A stretch of 64,000 nucleotides of DNA from Carpediemonas membranifera BICM (taxonomy: Eukaryota; Protista; Fornicata). The stretch is taken from positions 975,478 through 1,039,477 of the forward strand of contig JAHDYR010000038.1 of assembly GCA_019828565.1 (NCBI GenBank), given 5' to 3'. Positions 54,112 to 64,000 of this stretch are shown here, piece by piece (position 1 is the stretch's first letter; every line of letters starts with the position of its first letter). The notes beneath the pieces were generated by a model. The model did no database searches and was not told where the DNA came from. It worked only from the letters and a program-made list of their open reading frames with translations. Both the position numbers and the translations under genes were made by a program.

Positions 54112-56796
54112 TGTCGATGCCCGTGACGCATCACCTGATTAAAACGAATTCTCGAATACCCGTCGTTTACGCCACAGTGATTAATCACTCCCTATGGCTA
54201 CGAAATTCGACGTAAGTTCCCTTCCACTGCTCAACTCCGCCGCGAAGGAATACAAGCGGGAACTTCCTCATGCAAGATTTCCTACATCGTTCCTCAGATG
54301 CCTAAGCATCAGCTCGCAGGAGTTCTTACGGGCCAATTGGAGACCCACCTCTGATTATAAGACCTTCGAGGACCTAGAAGACGATGTATGTCCCGATGCG
54401 GTAATCCGCAGCGCCATTAGGCGCGAGATGAAGCTCTCACTTCCCATCACGCCCCCAAGCACCTCCACGCCACCCCCCAAGCAGGCAGTAGCCCGTCTAA
54501 CCGCCGCTCTCGAAGAAGACCTGTTTATGCTCGCTGAAGCGGCGGCCGCGGCCTTTCCTGAAGGCCCGATGGCCGCGGCTGCACAGCGCCGCGCAGAAGC
54601 CGTATTCACGGCTGCAGTAGCCGAGATCGACCACAACGCCCCGGTTTATGTGCCCCTCATCAACAAGTTCAACCCAGATGTCCCCCTCCGCGACGACGAG
54701 TACGTCGCCGAGGTCAACGCAGCCCTGGCCCCACCCAAGCCGGCCGATGACGAGGCTGCCGCCACCAACAACTCCGACACGTCCAGTGACGAGTCCGACT
54801 GGGACGACGTCACCGACATTCGCGCCTACCTCCATGACGAGGCCGACTACATCGTAGCCGCCTGCTCCGTCACACTCATGCCGTCCCTGGACGTCGGCGC
54901 GCGCATCAAGTCCATCAACCTTCCCGGTGCACTCTATGGCAAAGCATCCAAACATCGCTCAACTATTGCCGCTTTGCGCGAGTTCATCGATCTCGTGAAC
55001 ACTGATGCTTCTGCTCCTGCACTGCAAGCCATTCCTTGGAAGGTTCTCGCCGCAAGAGTCAGAGAGCTTGCACTTAAGGGATTCTCCGCCGAAGCAAAGG
55101 ACTATTTCGACTTCTACATCATAGATGATGCAGAGGACATCGATGACGTCCTTGATAACCTTAGGGACCTCAAAGAGGACCACGACGGTTACATCGTCGT
55201 TCCTTGGAGAGCATTCCGCACCGGCCAGCCCCCGCAACCCCACGGTGAGCAAGCGACAGGCGGATCCCGCACACGCAAACCCATAGCCCGCAAGATCAGC
55301 GGCCCAGACCCGTATGTCCAGCTGAAAGACAAGGCGAACTACTACATCAACCCCACCTTCCGCCACTTCTGCGACTACCACGGATACAACTCGTCCCACG
55401 TCACTCAGGCGTGCCCTCATCTGAAGACACAGCGCAGTGCCGCCCCCCAACCATCGCGTCCTATTCAACCAGCTGTTGTGGGTGCCAAGCCCAAGAAGGC
55501 CCCTGGCCACCACAACAACCCTGACCGACCTGCAACAACGACCACCCAAACGCCCAAACGCAACGCGAGAGCCCCTAACCCAGCGGCAGGCTGGACGCGA
55601 AACAAGGAGACGAACCGGATCGAGCGCCTCAGTCAATCCATCAACGAGGTCGACATAGACGCCGAGTCCGACACCGATGAGTCAATCGACGAAGTCGACA
55701 CGTCAGCGCAGCGCGAAAACATCGGTAAGCCGATCTACCACGACATCCTCGTCAACGGCACGAGACTGCGGGCGAAGCTCGACCCGGCAGCCGCCAAGAC
55801 CTGTATCTCGGAGGCCACGTTCGCCACGCTGAAGGAGGCCGGCCCGGTAATGATCACAAATCATGCTTACACGCTGAAGATGGCCGACCAGCGACCTTGC
55901 GAGGACACCACCGCCGTCATAGCCGAGCTCGTTATCGACGGCATCGTACCAAACGCTGTCGAGCTGACGTGGACCGTACCAGTCATCTCCGGGGAGGCCC
56001 ACAAGTTCCTGTTCGGGGCAGACCTCCTCCGGCACCTAGGCCTCATGTCGGACACGGGCATCAACATTCAGCTACCACCGTCAGCGGAGGACCCCGCCGA
56101 CGATGTCACACCGGCCCAGAATCAATACATCGACGAGGTTGACTCGGAGACTGACGACCTGCCGGATGACGTCTCGTCCTTCGCCACGCCAACCTTCGAC
56201 ATTGACCCCTCGTTCCCTCTACACGACGAGCTACTCGCTGTGCTCCAGGCCAACGCCGACGTCTTCGACCCCAAGCTGCCTCTCGGCGGCGCCGACATCG
56301 CGGAAGCCACCATTGACCTGAAGCCGGACGCCATTCTGCCACAAGCCAACCCACGCGGCATCCGCGCCGACTGGCTTCCCGAGATCAAGCGACAGCTCCA
56401 TGAAATGTACGAAGCCCAGCTCATCCGCGACGCACACGGCCCAGTCTCTAGCCCGGCTGTGATTGTCCAGAAGAAGCCCGACGCGGACGGACGCCGCCCA
56501 CTACGACTTTGCGCAGACTACAGGGCCCTCAACGAGGCAACTGTGACTGACGCTTTCCCCATGACAGATACCCGCACGCTCATCCAGGACCTCGTCGGCA
56601 GCAAGTACTTCTTCGGTCTAGACCTTCGCCAAGGGTTTCACCAGATGCCATTGAAGGATTCCCACCGTTACCTGTCCGCGGTGCGGGTCCCGGGCGAGTT
56701 TTTCGAATATATGGTCGCCCCGTTTGGCCTAAAGAACCTCCCCGCACAATTCCAGCGGGCCATCGCCAACGTCCTGCGCCCGGTATACTCAGAGGG
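54112..56796 (+). mobile_element. Gypsy H: 5' LTR 54112-54176, gag-PR-partial RT (ORF from 54194), cut by I
   Basis: TGTCG...CCACA; CDYH...H....C; KLDPAA; LRLCADYR, LDLRQGFHQ and PFGLKN. Confidence 0.88.
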
Positions 56797-57208
56797 TGTC
56801 ATGGGTCTCACCCAAGATTACACAGATTTATATATGATATTAGTTAGTCAAGGAGTTTCTCCTCGACACCATTGTGTCGAGTCTTCTCCTCTTGTAAACA
56901 TAGTTCGTCAAACGAACCACAATACTAGTATTCCACGTTTTGATGACGCTCTATAACAATATGCCTATGCTAAAGAAGACGACCATTGAGTCGTTAGTCC
57001 GATTCGCCGAGGATTTGTCCGAGTACCGAGCCAAAGGCGGTGATGCCGACGTTGCCGACATGATTGACACCGAAGTCCAACGGTACGCTGACGCTCTCGG
57101 CTTTAACCTCTTCGCCAAGGCCTCTGAAGCCATCCCCTCGGCTGAGGCCTCTGTCCCCGTGAACGATGAAGGTTCACCAGTAGCCGGAACGCCTAAAGAC
57201 GACGAGCA
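56797..57208 (+). mobile_element. Gypsy I: 5' LTR 56797-56921 and gag start, cut by T2
   Basis: TGTCA...ACCACA with the shared hairpin and palindrome; gag-like YRAKGG (A has YRSRGG). Confidence 0.75.
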
Positions 57209-58354
57209 CATACTGTGAAAGTCGGCAGATAATCTACGATTTTTTCTAGATAATCTAGGGCCTAAAAACCCTAGATTATCTATTTCTTCCGGACCGAAAA
57301 TGAAGTATTCATTGAATTTAAACAATTTACGGGAAAATGAATACCTTCATTGCATACTAAAGCGCGTATGCAGAGAGCCTGCAAGAGGTCCAGTGCGGTC
57401 TAACCACTGATTTCGACTTCTTTGCGACGCAGGTTAAGGCAAAAGGATGAAACGAGCAATATCTCAAAATTGACACGTTGGAATCGGTACGAGAGTGATT
57501 TTGCAGACTGCTGACGGGATGTACATATGCGCAAAATCACTCTGGTACCGATTCCAACGTGTAGATTTCGAGATATGGTCGTTTTTTCGTTTTTCGACTT
57601 GATCAGAGTCAAATTCGCGAAAGAGAAGGCGAATATCTCTGTGAATATTGCAGACCACGAATCCAGACTGGGGGACACGTAGAATGTCAGGGGGAAGAAT
57701 ATGATGGTGTTGGTGACATCGCGTAAGGACGACCGGTCTTGCGCGGTCAACGCCGACAAAACTTGACGATTCAGAGAAATAAATGGCGCCACCGTATTCA
57801 GCACAAGACAGTGAACTCAGCTATATGGTTTTTTCTCAGTATATTTACCCAGCGGCTGATCCCACAGTTTAAGGACGGGTATTAGCCTGCACTTTGCACG
57901 AAAAAATTCTGCCTGAACACGACCAATTGTCCAAAACACAGCATTTAGCATGCAACATGAGCTGGAAGTAGCTGCAACATCTATTCTAGACCATTCAACA
58001 ACGATTACGCAGGAAATTGACGCAATAGAGGCCATTCAGTCCCATTACTTCATAGATTCACGCTTGAACGATATTACGAGCAGTATCAGGCGAGAAACAA
58101 GTAAGCTGAACGCGATTGGTGACTCCTTTCTCGCTGCGACATTTGCAGCATACTGACAGCCACGACACGCCATTAAGCTTATGTCAGGAGCGCCATCGCC
58201 AAACACGTAAATAGACCTGTACGACAACCAGAGACGGACGTGAGTCAGAACGGTGTGCTACCGGAATACGCAGGGTGTTTTATGCCCTGTTGATTCCAGG
58301 AGCACGCTGCTCTGGGCCACGTGAGATTGACCGCGAGACTAAATCCGATCTTTA

Positions 58355-60970
58355 CTATCTCTTGCATATGCAAACATCAAGAGTGTGTCCCTGCTCGTGA
58401 ATGGGAACATCCAGCCAGTCTGAGTCAAAGCTACAGTCTGCTTTCGACAAGACAGTGCGCCATAGGCCGTTGACTTCCTTCGTAAACACCATGTGCAGCT
58501 TTTGGCACTCAGTCGCTGTCAGCGTCTTAGAATGCACACTCCGGATACGAAGCCACCAATTGGCATCCTTACAACACTTATGAATGCGCATAAGTTTCAG
58601 GGGTGACTGGGGTGGGACATCTGTTTCGCGTCTTCCGTAGGAAATCACTCCACGAAGGCATCTGAACAGCAACTCAACCTGCTCCTTCAGAATAGTGCTC
58701 TCAAGAACCGTCTGGTTCTGACGCAATCGCACTCGACTCTCCTGATTCCCAATGAAATCACGTTCAAAGCACTCTTCGATGACTCGACCAAAGGAGGGCC
58801 GAGTCTTCGCTTGTATCTCCGGCAGCGCGGCAATACGCGCCAATCCGTGAAGTGTATCAACACACGGCGCCGTATCGGGAGTCGCAGATGGTTGACGGAT
58901 CGGAATGTCTGGGGCAACCGTGTTAGATGTGCTAAGACACATGGTCACAGAGAAGAGGTGCACGAGAAGTGCTGTCAAGCGATGCCACACGACCATGTTC
59001 TCAGTTACATCCTCGTGGGAATAGTAGTGCTCCTGGAGGTATGCAGCGAGTATGAATAATGACTGCACGGGTGGCGGGAACGCACGATGCAGCTTAAGTC
59101 CAATCGATGCTATCATCTTTCTCCCCTTGACTTGCTCGTTGCAGCCCGTCGTACGGCTGGGTGGCTCAAACGACGCCAGATTCGCTAGCATCGCGTTCCT
59201 TGCCTTCACCTCCTTAATTTGACGAGGGTCGCTGTCTGGGTCAATTGGCTCTGGCTTGAACATGCGGCACATGGCATGAATCAACGACACAAAGTCATGA
59301 CTGACATGCATGATCGGAGGGAATAAGAAGACGCAGTCTCTGGGCAGCGATGCAGTCGACGTCTCAAACAAAGTGGGAGCGATGCACTTCTTCTGATGGT
59401 TATAGAAGGATCCCCATTTGGCCTCTCTGTCCATAACAGTGTCGAACTGTGACTTATGCTTCGCCAGCAGGATATCTGCCAAGGTGCAGCGCGGGGTGCG
59501 ACCAAAGGGACTCCAGCCCTTGTTCTTCGAATGAACGGAACTGAATGGCGAGGGGTAATTGCCTCCAATGAGTGCCCCGCAAACCTTGGACATGGCTGGA
59601 TGGTCTGCGATAATAAAGACACGCGTTACTCGGCAGAGGAGACCCGTGTTCCTGACTTCCAGCACCTCGCGGTGTGTGCTCTCGATGGATTGTTCAATGA
59701 AGGCAAAGTGCTCAGTGATGAGACTTTCTGGGCCGTTGTATTCAAGAATCCGGAAAGGAGGAGTCGCACCAGACGGAAAGACTTTGTGGGAGTCGTCGAG
59801 GAAACGAATCTTAACAGCGGTTGTCAGACCTCTCCACGCATCGACCCACACCTCTAACACGAGTGGGATCGTCCCCGTCTCAGCGGAATGACTCTGTCGT
59901 CTTAATGTCCGAGCTGCACTCTTGCGCCCGGATCGTGACGTCTCCAGCGATACGGGGAATGCAACCGCTTGGCGATAATACTCCATGATATCAAATGATG
60001 CATGATATACATGGGTATATCTTGTACTCGTCTGCATCCGAGGGGTGAGGCCTTGCTCTTTCATGATGCTATAGTGAGTCTCACGGTCCTGCTCTGAGTC
60101 ATAGAAGACGACGATTTTTCCTGCAACGTGCTCTGCATGGGCCGAGTCGCCCTGAATAGATGATCGTACAACATCAAGAGGAGCTTCGACATGGGTGATG
60201 AGGTCGAGCTCATATTCCTGATTGGCCTGATCAGACCTTCTCGCCGTTACCCTGTGCTGAATGTTGGCGGGAACGTGACTGCGGATAAATCTCCTCCAAG
60301 CGGTGTCAGATTGGAGAAGTGATTCTATCTCCTCCATATTCTGGATATTACACGCGAGAGACTTGATCTTCGAGGTAACAGGAGATATCCGCACAATATC
60401 AAGGTTAAGCCTACCTGCAAGAGAGTTCATTATGCGGATCTCGTCGTTAACGGCATTGTATCCGTTTGTGATGGACTTGAGCTGGTTCGTTAGTTGAATC
60501 AGGCGCTCCGTGTCGGCCAGACGCTTCCGTAGACACTCATTCTCGGCTGCGAGAGTGTCAACTGCGGATGTATGCTTCACGTAGGCTCTTGGGTAAGTCG
60601 TGTGATTCCTCTTCTCCGCAGCGATAGATGTGGCAGTCGGAGAGGGGTACAGCTGCTTTGAAACATCCTGGCGACATATATATCCTGCACTGAGCAACTC
60701 TTGAACAACCTGGACGAACTCACGGCGTTGGGGAGCTTTGGAAACACGAAACCGATGTGTGCTGACGTTATCTGAGTCAATGGAAAGGTACACGCTGCAT
60801 AGAATGGTGTTGATGCCAGTATCCTCTTGAGGAGCATAAATAGTGCCGTGTAATAGCGTCCACTTCGGTATTAGCATCCTCTTTGAAAGGTTAAGGATTA
60901 GCTCAGAAGACAATTGCCCAGCCTCATGTTTAACTCGTCTCTGTCGACGTCTGATGCGAACCTGAGTCAC
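58355..60970 (-). CDS. T2 transposase, intact 871-aa ORF, CMC/Transposase_21-like DDE
   Basis: LEVWVDAW (D1), FIIADHPAMSKVCG (D2), PPIMH, and LHGLARI...EECFER (E) follow the CACTA-type motif order. Confidence 0.75.
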   Translation of the reverse strand: MTQVRIRRRQRRVKHEAGQLSSELILNLSKRMLIPKWTLLHGTIYAPQEDTGINTILCSVYLSIDSDNVSTHRFRVSKAPQRREFVQVVQELLSAGYICRQDVSKQLYPSPTATSIAAEKRNHTTYPRAYVKHTSAVDTLAAENECLRKRLADTERLIQLTNQLKSITNGYNAVNDEIRIMNSLAGRLNLDIVRISPVTSKIKSLACNIQNMEEIESLLQSDTAWRRFIRSHVPANIQHRVTARRSDQANQEYELDLITHVEAPLDVVRSSIQGDSAHAEHVAGKIVVFYDSEQDRETHYSIMKEQGLTPRMQTSTRYTHVYHASFDIMEYYRQAVAFPVSLETSRSGRKSAARTLRRQSHSAETGTIPLVLEVWVDAWRGLTTAVKIRFLDDSHKVFPSGATPPFRILEYNGPESLITEHFAFIEQSIESTHREVLEVRNTGLLCRVTRVFIIADHPAMSKVCGALIGGNYPSPFSSVHSKNKGWSPFGRTPRCTLADILLAKHKSQFDTVMDREAKWGSFYNHQKKCIAPTLFETSTASLPRDCVFLFPPIMHVSHDFVSLIHAMCRMFKPEPIDPDSDPRQIKEVKARNAMLANLASFEPPSRTTGCNEQVKGRKMIASIGLKLHRAFPPPVQSLFILAAYLQEHYYSHEDVTENMVVWHRLTALLVHLFSVTMCLSTSNTVAPDIPIRQPSATPDTAPCVDTLHGLARIAALPEIQAKTRPSFGRVIEECFERDFIGNQESRVRLRQNQTVLESTILKEQVELLFRCLRGVISYGRRETDVPPQSPLKLMRIHKCCKDANWWLRIRSVHSKTLTATECQKLHMVFTKEVNGLWRTVLSKADCSFDSDWLDVPIHEQGHTLDVCICKR

Positions 60971-61067
60971 GATTGGCCGCGGGCTGGTGAGTCTTTATTC
61001 TCCTTCTCTATTAATGTTAATGATTGGTTGTAACAATACCAATTTTTAGTAGAAAATCTACTCTGGA

Positions 61068-62349
61068 ATGACAGAAACGGAGCTAGAAACGAAGCGCGCG
61101 GCCGTAAATGAGAACATGGCGGACGATCATGCAGTTAAGGCTGTTTCTAAGAGATCGAGACCGATGACGAAGTGGAACACAACCGCTTTGAGTACTTGCC
61201 GGTCAATTCTCATGATGGGCATGCTTAAGGCCTTCTTCACGTTTGCGTTTGACGTCTTTGACTCAGACCCAACTGGCCTGTCCATCAAAAAGCTCGGAAA
61301 TGCGTTCAACCACATCATCGTGTCGTTTCTTCAGCCGTGCTCCGAAACACCGGACTTCCTCGATGAGCTGAAGTTGAAACCTGGCGTCTCGATGGGAAGG
61401 GTTGTTGCGAAGAACGTCCGAGATTGGGCTGAGACGATGGGGGTTACTGTGGCCATATCTGACGGGAAACCCAAGGTTGTCCATGCTCTCTGCAAGAGCT
61501 CCTCGCCCAGTCCGTTCGGAGCTAACCAGCGCGATCAGATCCGTCCTGTCGAGACTCATTATTCCTGTGCCAGATAATCTCGACTCCCGAGACTTTAATC
61601 TCTGTGTGCCCGATATCAATGACCCGGAGAGATTTGTGGGCAAGTGCAGAACAGTTGAAATCCCCAACCCTGCCACCCCCGCCCTTACACACGTGAAGCA
61701 AGAGCTTTGCGTGAAAAGTGAGCCTTTCCTGCACTCATCGTCCGGTCCCACTTCGGTTCCCTCTCCAGCTTCCCCTCAAGCGCCTCGCGAGTCGATTGTG
61801 CTGCACGATGTTCACCGTGTCGCGATGAGTGTCGATCAGAGGCTCGCCACCGTGGAGGCACGTCTGGCCAGCCAAGGGGACAACGATGACGATGTGTCTG
61901 AGGTCGGTGATGATTCTTTCTCGATTCTCGACATTCAGAATAGGCTGCTTTGTTTCTGTTGCGGCCATTGCCACAGTCTGGACTGGATCGACAATCGCGT
62001 GACGTCAAAGTTTGTGACTTGCCAGGAATGCAAAGTGAACTTCCACGACAACTCACGCTGTGTCCCTCCCCGGCCTAAGACTGGAAAGAACAAGAACTGG
62101 GCCGAGTCCACTAAGGGTCGCTGGAAATACACGTGTAGCTATTGCCTCAATGAGAAGAAGTGTTACGCATGCCGACGCAACGACTCAGCCGTGCACTGTA
62201 GGCAGTGCGGGCACTGGTTCTGTAACTCTGCCAACTGCGTACAGATGGAGCTGCTGAAGATTGTCATCTGTGGCAAGTCGATTCCCAAGATTCGGCTCTG
62301 TCCCGACTGTTACTCGTCGTACGAATTGGTGATCCAGAACAGTGAGTAA
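61068..62349 (+). CDS. T2 cargo: PHD + FYVE-like finger protein (two overlapping frames)
   Basis: CCGHC...CQEC....H....C...CSYC, then CYAC...HCRQCGHWFC....C...RLCPDC. Confidence 0.75.
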
Positions 62350-62929
62350 ATGAAGACATTGCTTGTTATTGAGTTGACCACTGTGGCAATGTTGATGCCA
62401 CATGATGACAGATGTGTGTACCATGCGCCCGGCTGCTCTTCCCCGCCGTTCTTCCTCACCGTTCTCCAGGCGCTCTTCTCGGGCTCCTGTCCCCATGCCT
62501 TCGTTTCCCTGCCGCTCTCCCTGCATCTTGCTCCCCGCCGTCTCTTTAAACAATCTTCTTGATGCCACCGTCACCACGCGATGTACTCCTGCAGCTTCGG
62601 AATCATCCTCAGTAGCGCTTCAAACATCATGCTGGCGTATCCTGCTGAATCCTTCGCCCCAGAGCTCATATCGGTTTCTTCAGAACGAAATTCTAAAGAA
62701 ATGTTCGGTGGTAAGTGAGATCACTGCGCGTCTAGAGACAGCAGAAACGTAACCTACAGCCCATATTGATGTGGGCTGGGCGTTGCTTCAACTGATAAAT
62801 GCCACATTTCTCTGTTTACATGGTAAGGTAACACGTGAGTGCTTTGTACTGGCATACTTAAAGGCAAGGTAAGGTTGGCGGACGTAGTATCACCCGTGGC
62901 GCTTGACTATCACTCAATCAGACAGATAT

Positions 62930-63585
62930 TTATTTCTTCGTGGATACCTTGTCGAAGAACTGCAATGCCAAGGTCAACTTGCCTTCCTTCGTCATCTCTT
63001 TGTCGGTCAGCAGTGTCTCGAAGTCAGCGACAACGAGAGGCCGGCAAGCAAAGGGGTCAGCCCAATAGTCATCTTCGTAGGCGACCGAGAGGAACTCAAA
63101 CGGACGAATGTCAACGCTTGCTTCATATACAATGACAGGCAAGACTGCATCCTCCACACAAACATGGCACAGAAGAGCACTGACATTGTGGTACTAAATA
63201 ATTGGGGGAGAGGCATGTTACAAACAGCAGAGTTGTCGTTCACCGTGTGGACTCCAAGCTTGCCCATCAGTGAAGACGCATCCATAGCGAACTTCGTCGT
63301 GCCAACGCGAGTGCAGTACGTGGGGTCATCCGGCTGGAAGTCGATCAGTCGGCCGCAGTACAGGCCGATGATGCTCTTCGCAGGGATTTCGGCACGAGAC
63401 GCGATGCCCTTGCCAGCGGTGCCTCCATATAGCGTGCGCTGATCAGTCATGTACAGCTGTACGCTCTTGGAGACACCGTTGGCCGCTATCGTGATGTCCC
63501 GGTCCAGGAACGAGCTACCCTCCTGCTTCCAGTCAATATCCTTCAAGTCTGCCGGTATTTTTGTCAAACAGCAGCTCATAGTCAT
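62930..63585 (-). CDS. T2 cargo: SET-domain protein with 32-nt intron 63194-63225
   Basis: GKGIASRAEI...IGLYCG and GVHTVND; splicing joins in frame to LPVIVYEASVDIRPFEFLSVAYEDDYW. Confidence 0.8.
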
Positions 63586-64000
63586 GACGAGACATGCTAG
63601 AACCCTCCGAGGGGATTACGATCGTTTCTTCCGACATCGTTCTCAGAATTCGACCCGTTTATAAATCAATAATAAGCAAGCTAAGCTGCAGCTCAGGCAC
63701 CCTCCATGCGCTCGTTCCCTGGCATCTTGGCCCGCGGCCTCTTCAGCGGCGTTTCGACCCCTCTCGTAAATCGAGAGGTCTTCTTGATGTTGTTACTGTC
63801 TCTGTGCTCCCATTGCTTGCCAGTCTCATTGTAGTGTTAAGTTAGTGCCAAATGGTCTTTATTGCTGTTCGCTCGCATTAATACGGAAGAGAAAGAATGA
63901 TGATGTTGATTAGCTTGCGGGGAAAGGCATTACCAAGCATTTGACGCGCACAACCTGCTTAATACTGCATAAAAAGCATCGCTGATCGCTTTTTCTCTCT

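Larger units (their letters stand above)
57209..64000. mobile_element. T2: second, divergent member of the T1 family; right end outside the window
   Basis: Begins CATACTGT exactly where the gag I ORF breaks; encodes homologues of the T1 transposase, PHD/FYVE protein and SET protein. Confidence 0.85.

Noticed and set aside
57400-58350. Additional T2 cargo gene(s) (also 62350-62900 and 41646-41870)
   Set aside because: Only short fragmented ORFs without recognisable motifs; a spliced gene is possible but cannot be supported.

Overview
Eukaryotic (protist-type) DNA with dense genes and very short GT-AG introns (28-32 nt). Bases 1-14.4 kb hold housekeeping genes, all on the minus strand: PP2A B56, a DGK1-like kinase, an LRR/EF-hand protein, G-protein gamma, RPL4, DOLPP1, an SMPD4-like protein, DPH2 and two unknowns. 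From about 14.5 kb to the end is a nested transposon island. It contains a Fanzor/TnpB remnant, a CRE-like RLE non-LTR element, an APE-type LINE, and about nine Ty3/Gypsy pieces with 61-125 bp LTRs, four of them showing a chromodomain. The most striking system is a family of large DNA transposons with CATACTGT termini and a CMC(CACTA/Mirage)-like DDE transposase. T1 (41494-52839) has 50-bp TIRs and a 2-bp GG TSD, and it cleanly splits a Gypsy pol gene. Its cargo looks like a chromatin/ubiquitin toolkit: PHD+FYVE-like fingers, a SET methyltransferase, a GNAT acetyltransferase, an OTU deubiquitinase and a CHAT/caspase-like protease, with element-specific palindromic motifs upstream of the genes. 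A divergent sibling, T2, starts at 57209 and runs off the window. Other oddities: the Gypsy elements have a palindrome where a tRNA primer-binding site should be, four unrelated LTRs share a CGACAC/GTGTCG hairpin, and one complete Gypsy has an in-frame UGA between gag and pol, an antisense ORF, and a structured 3' region containing an LSU-rRNA-like module. All family calls come from motifs recognised by eye; no searches were run.
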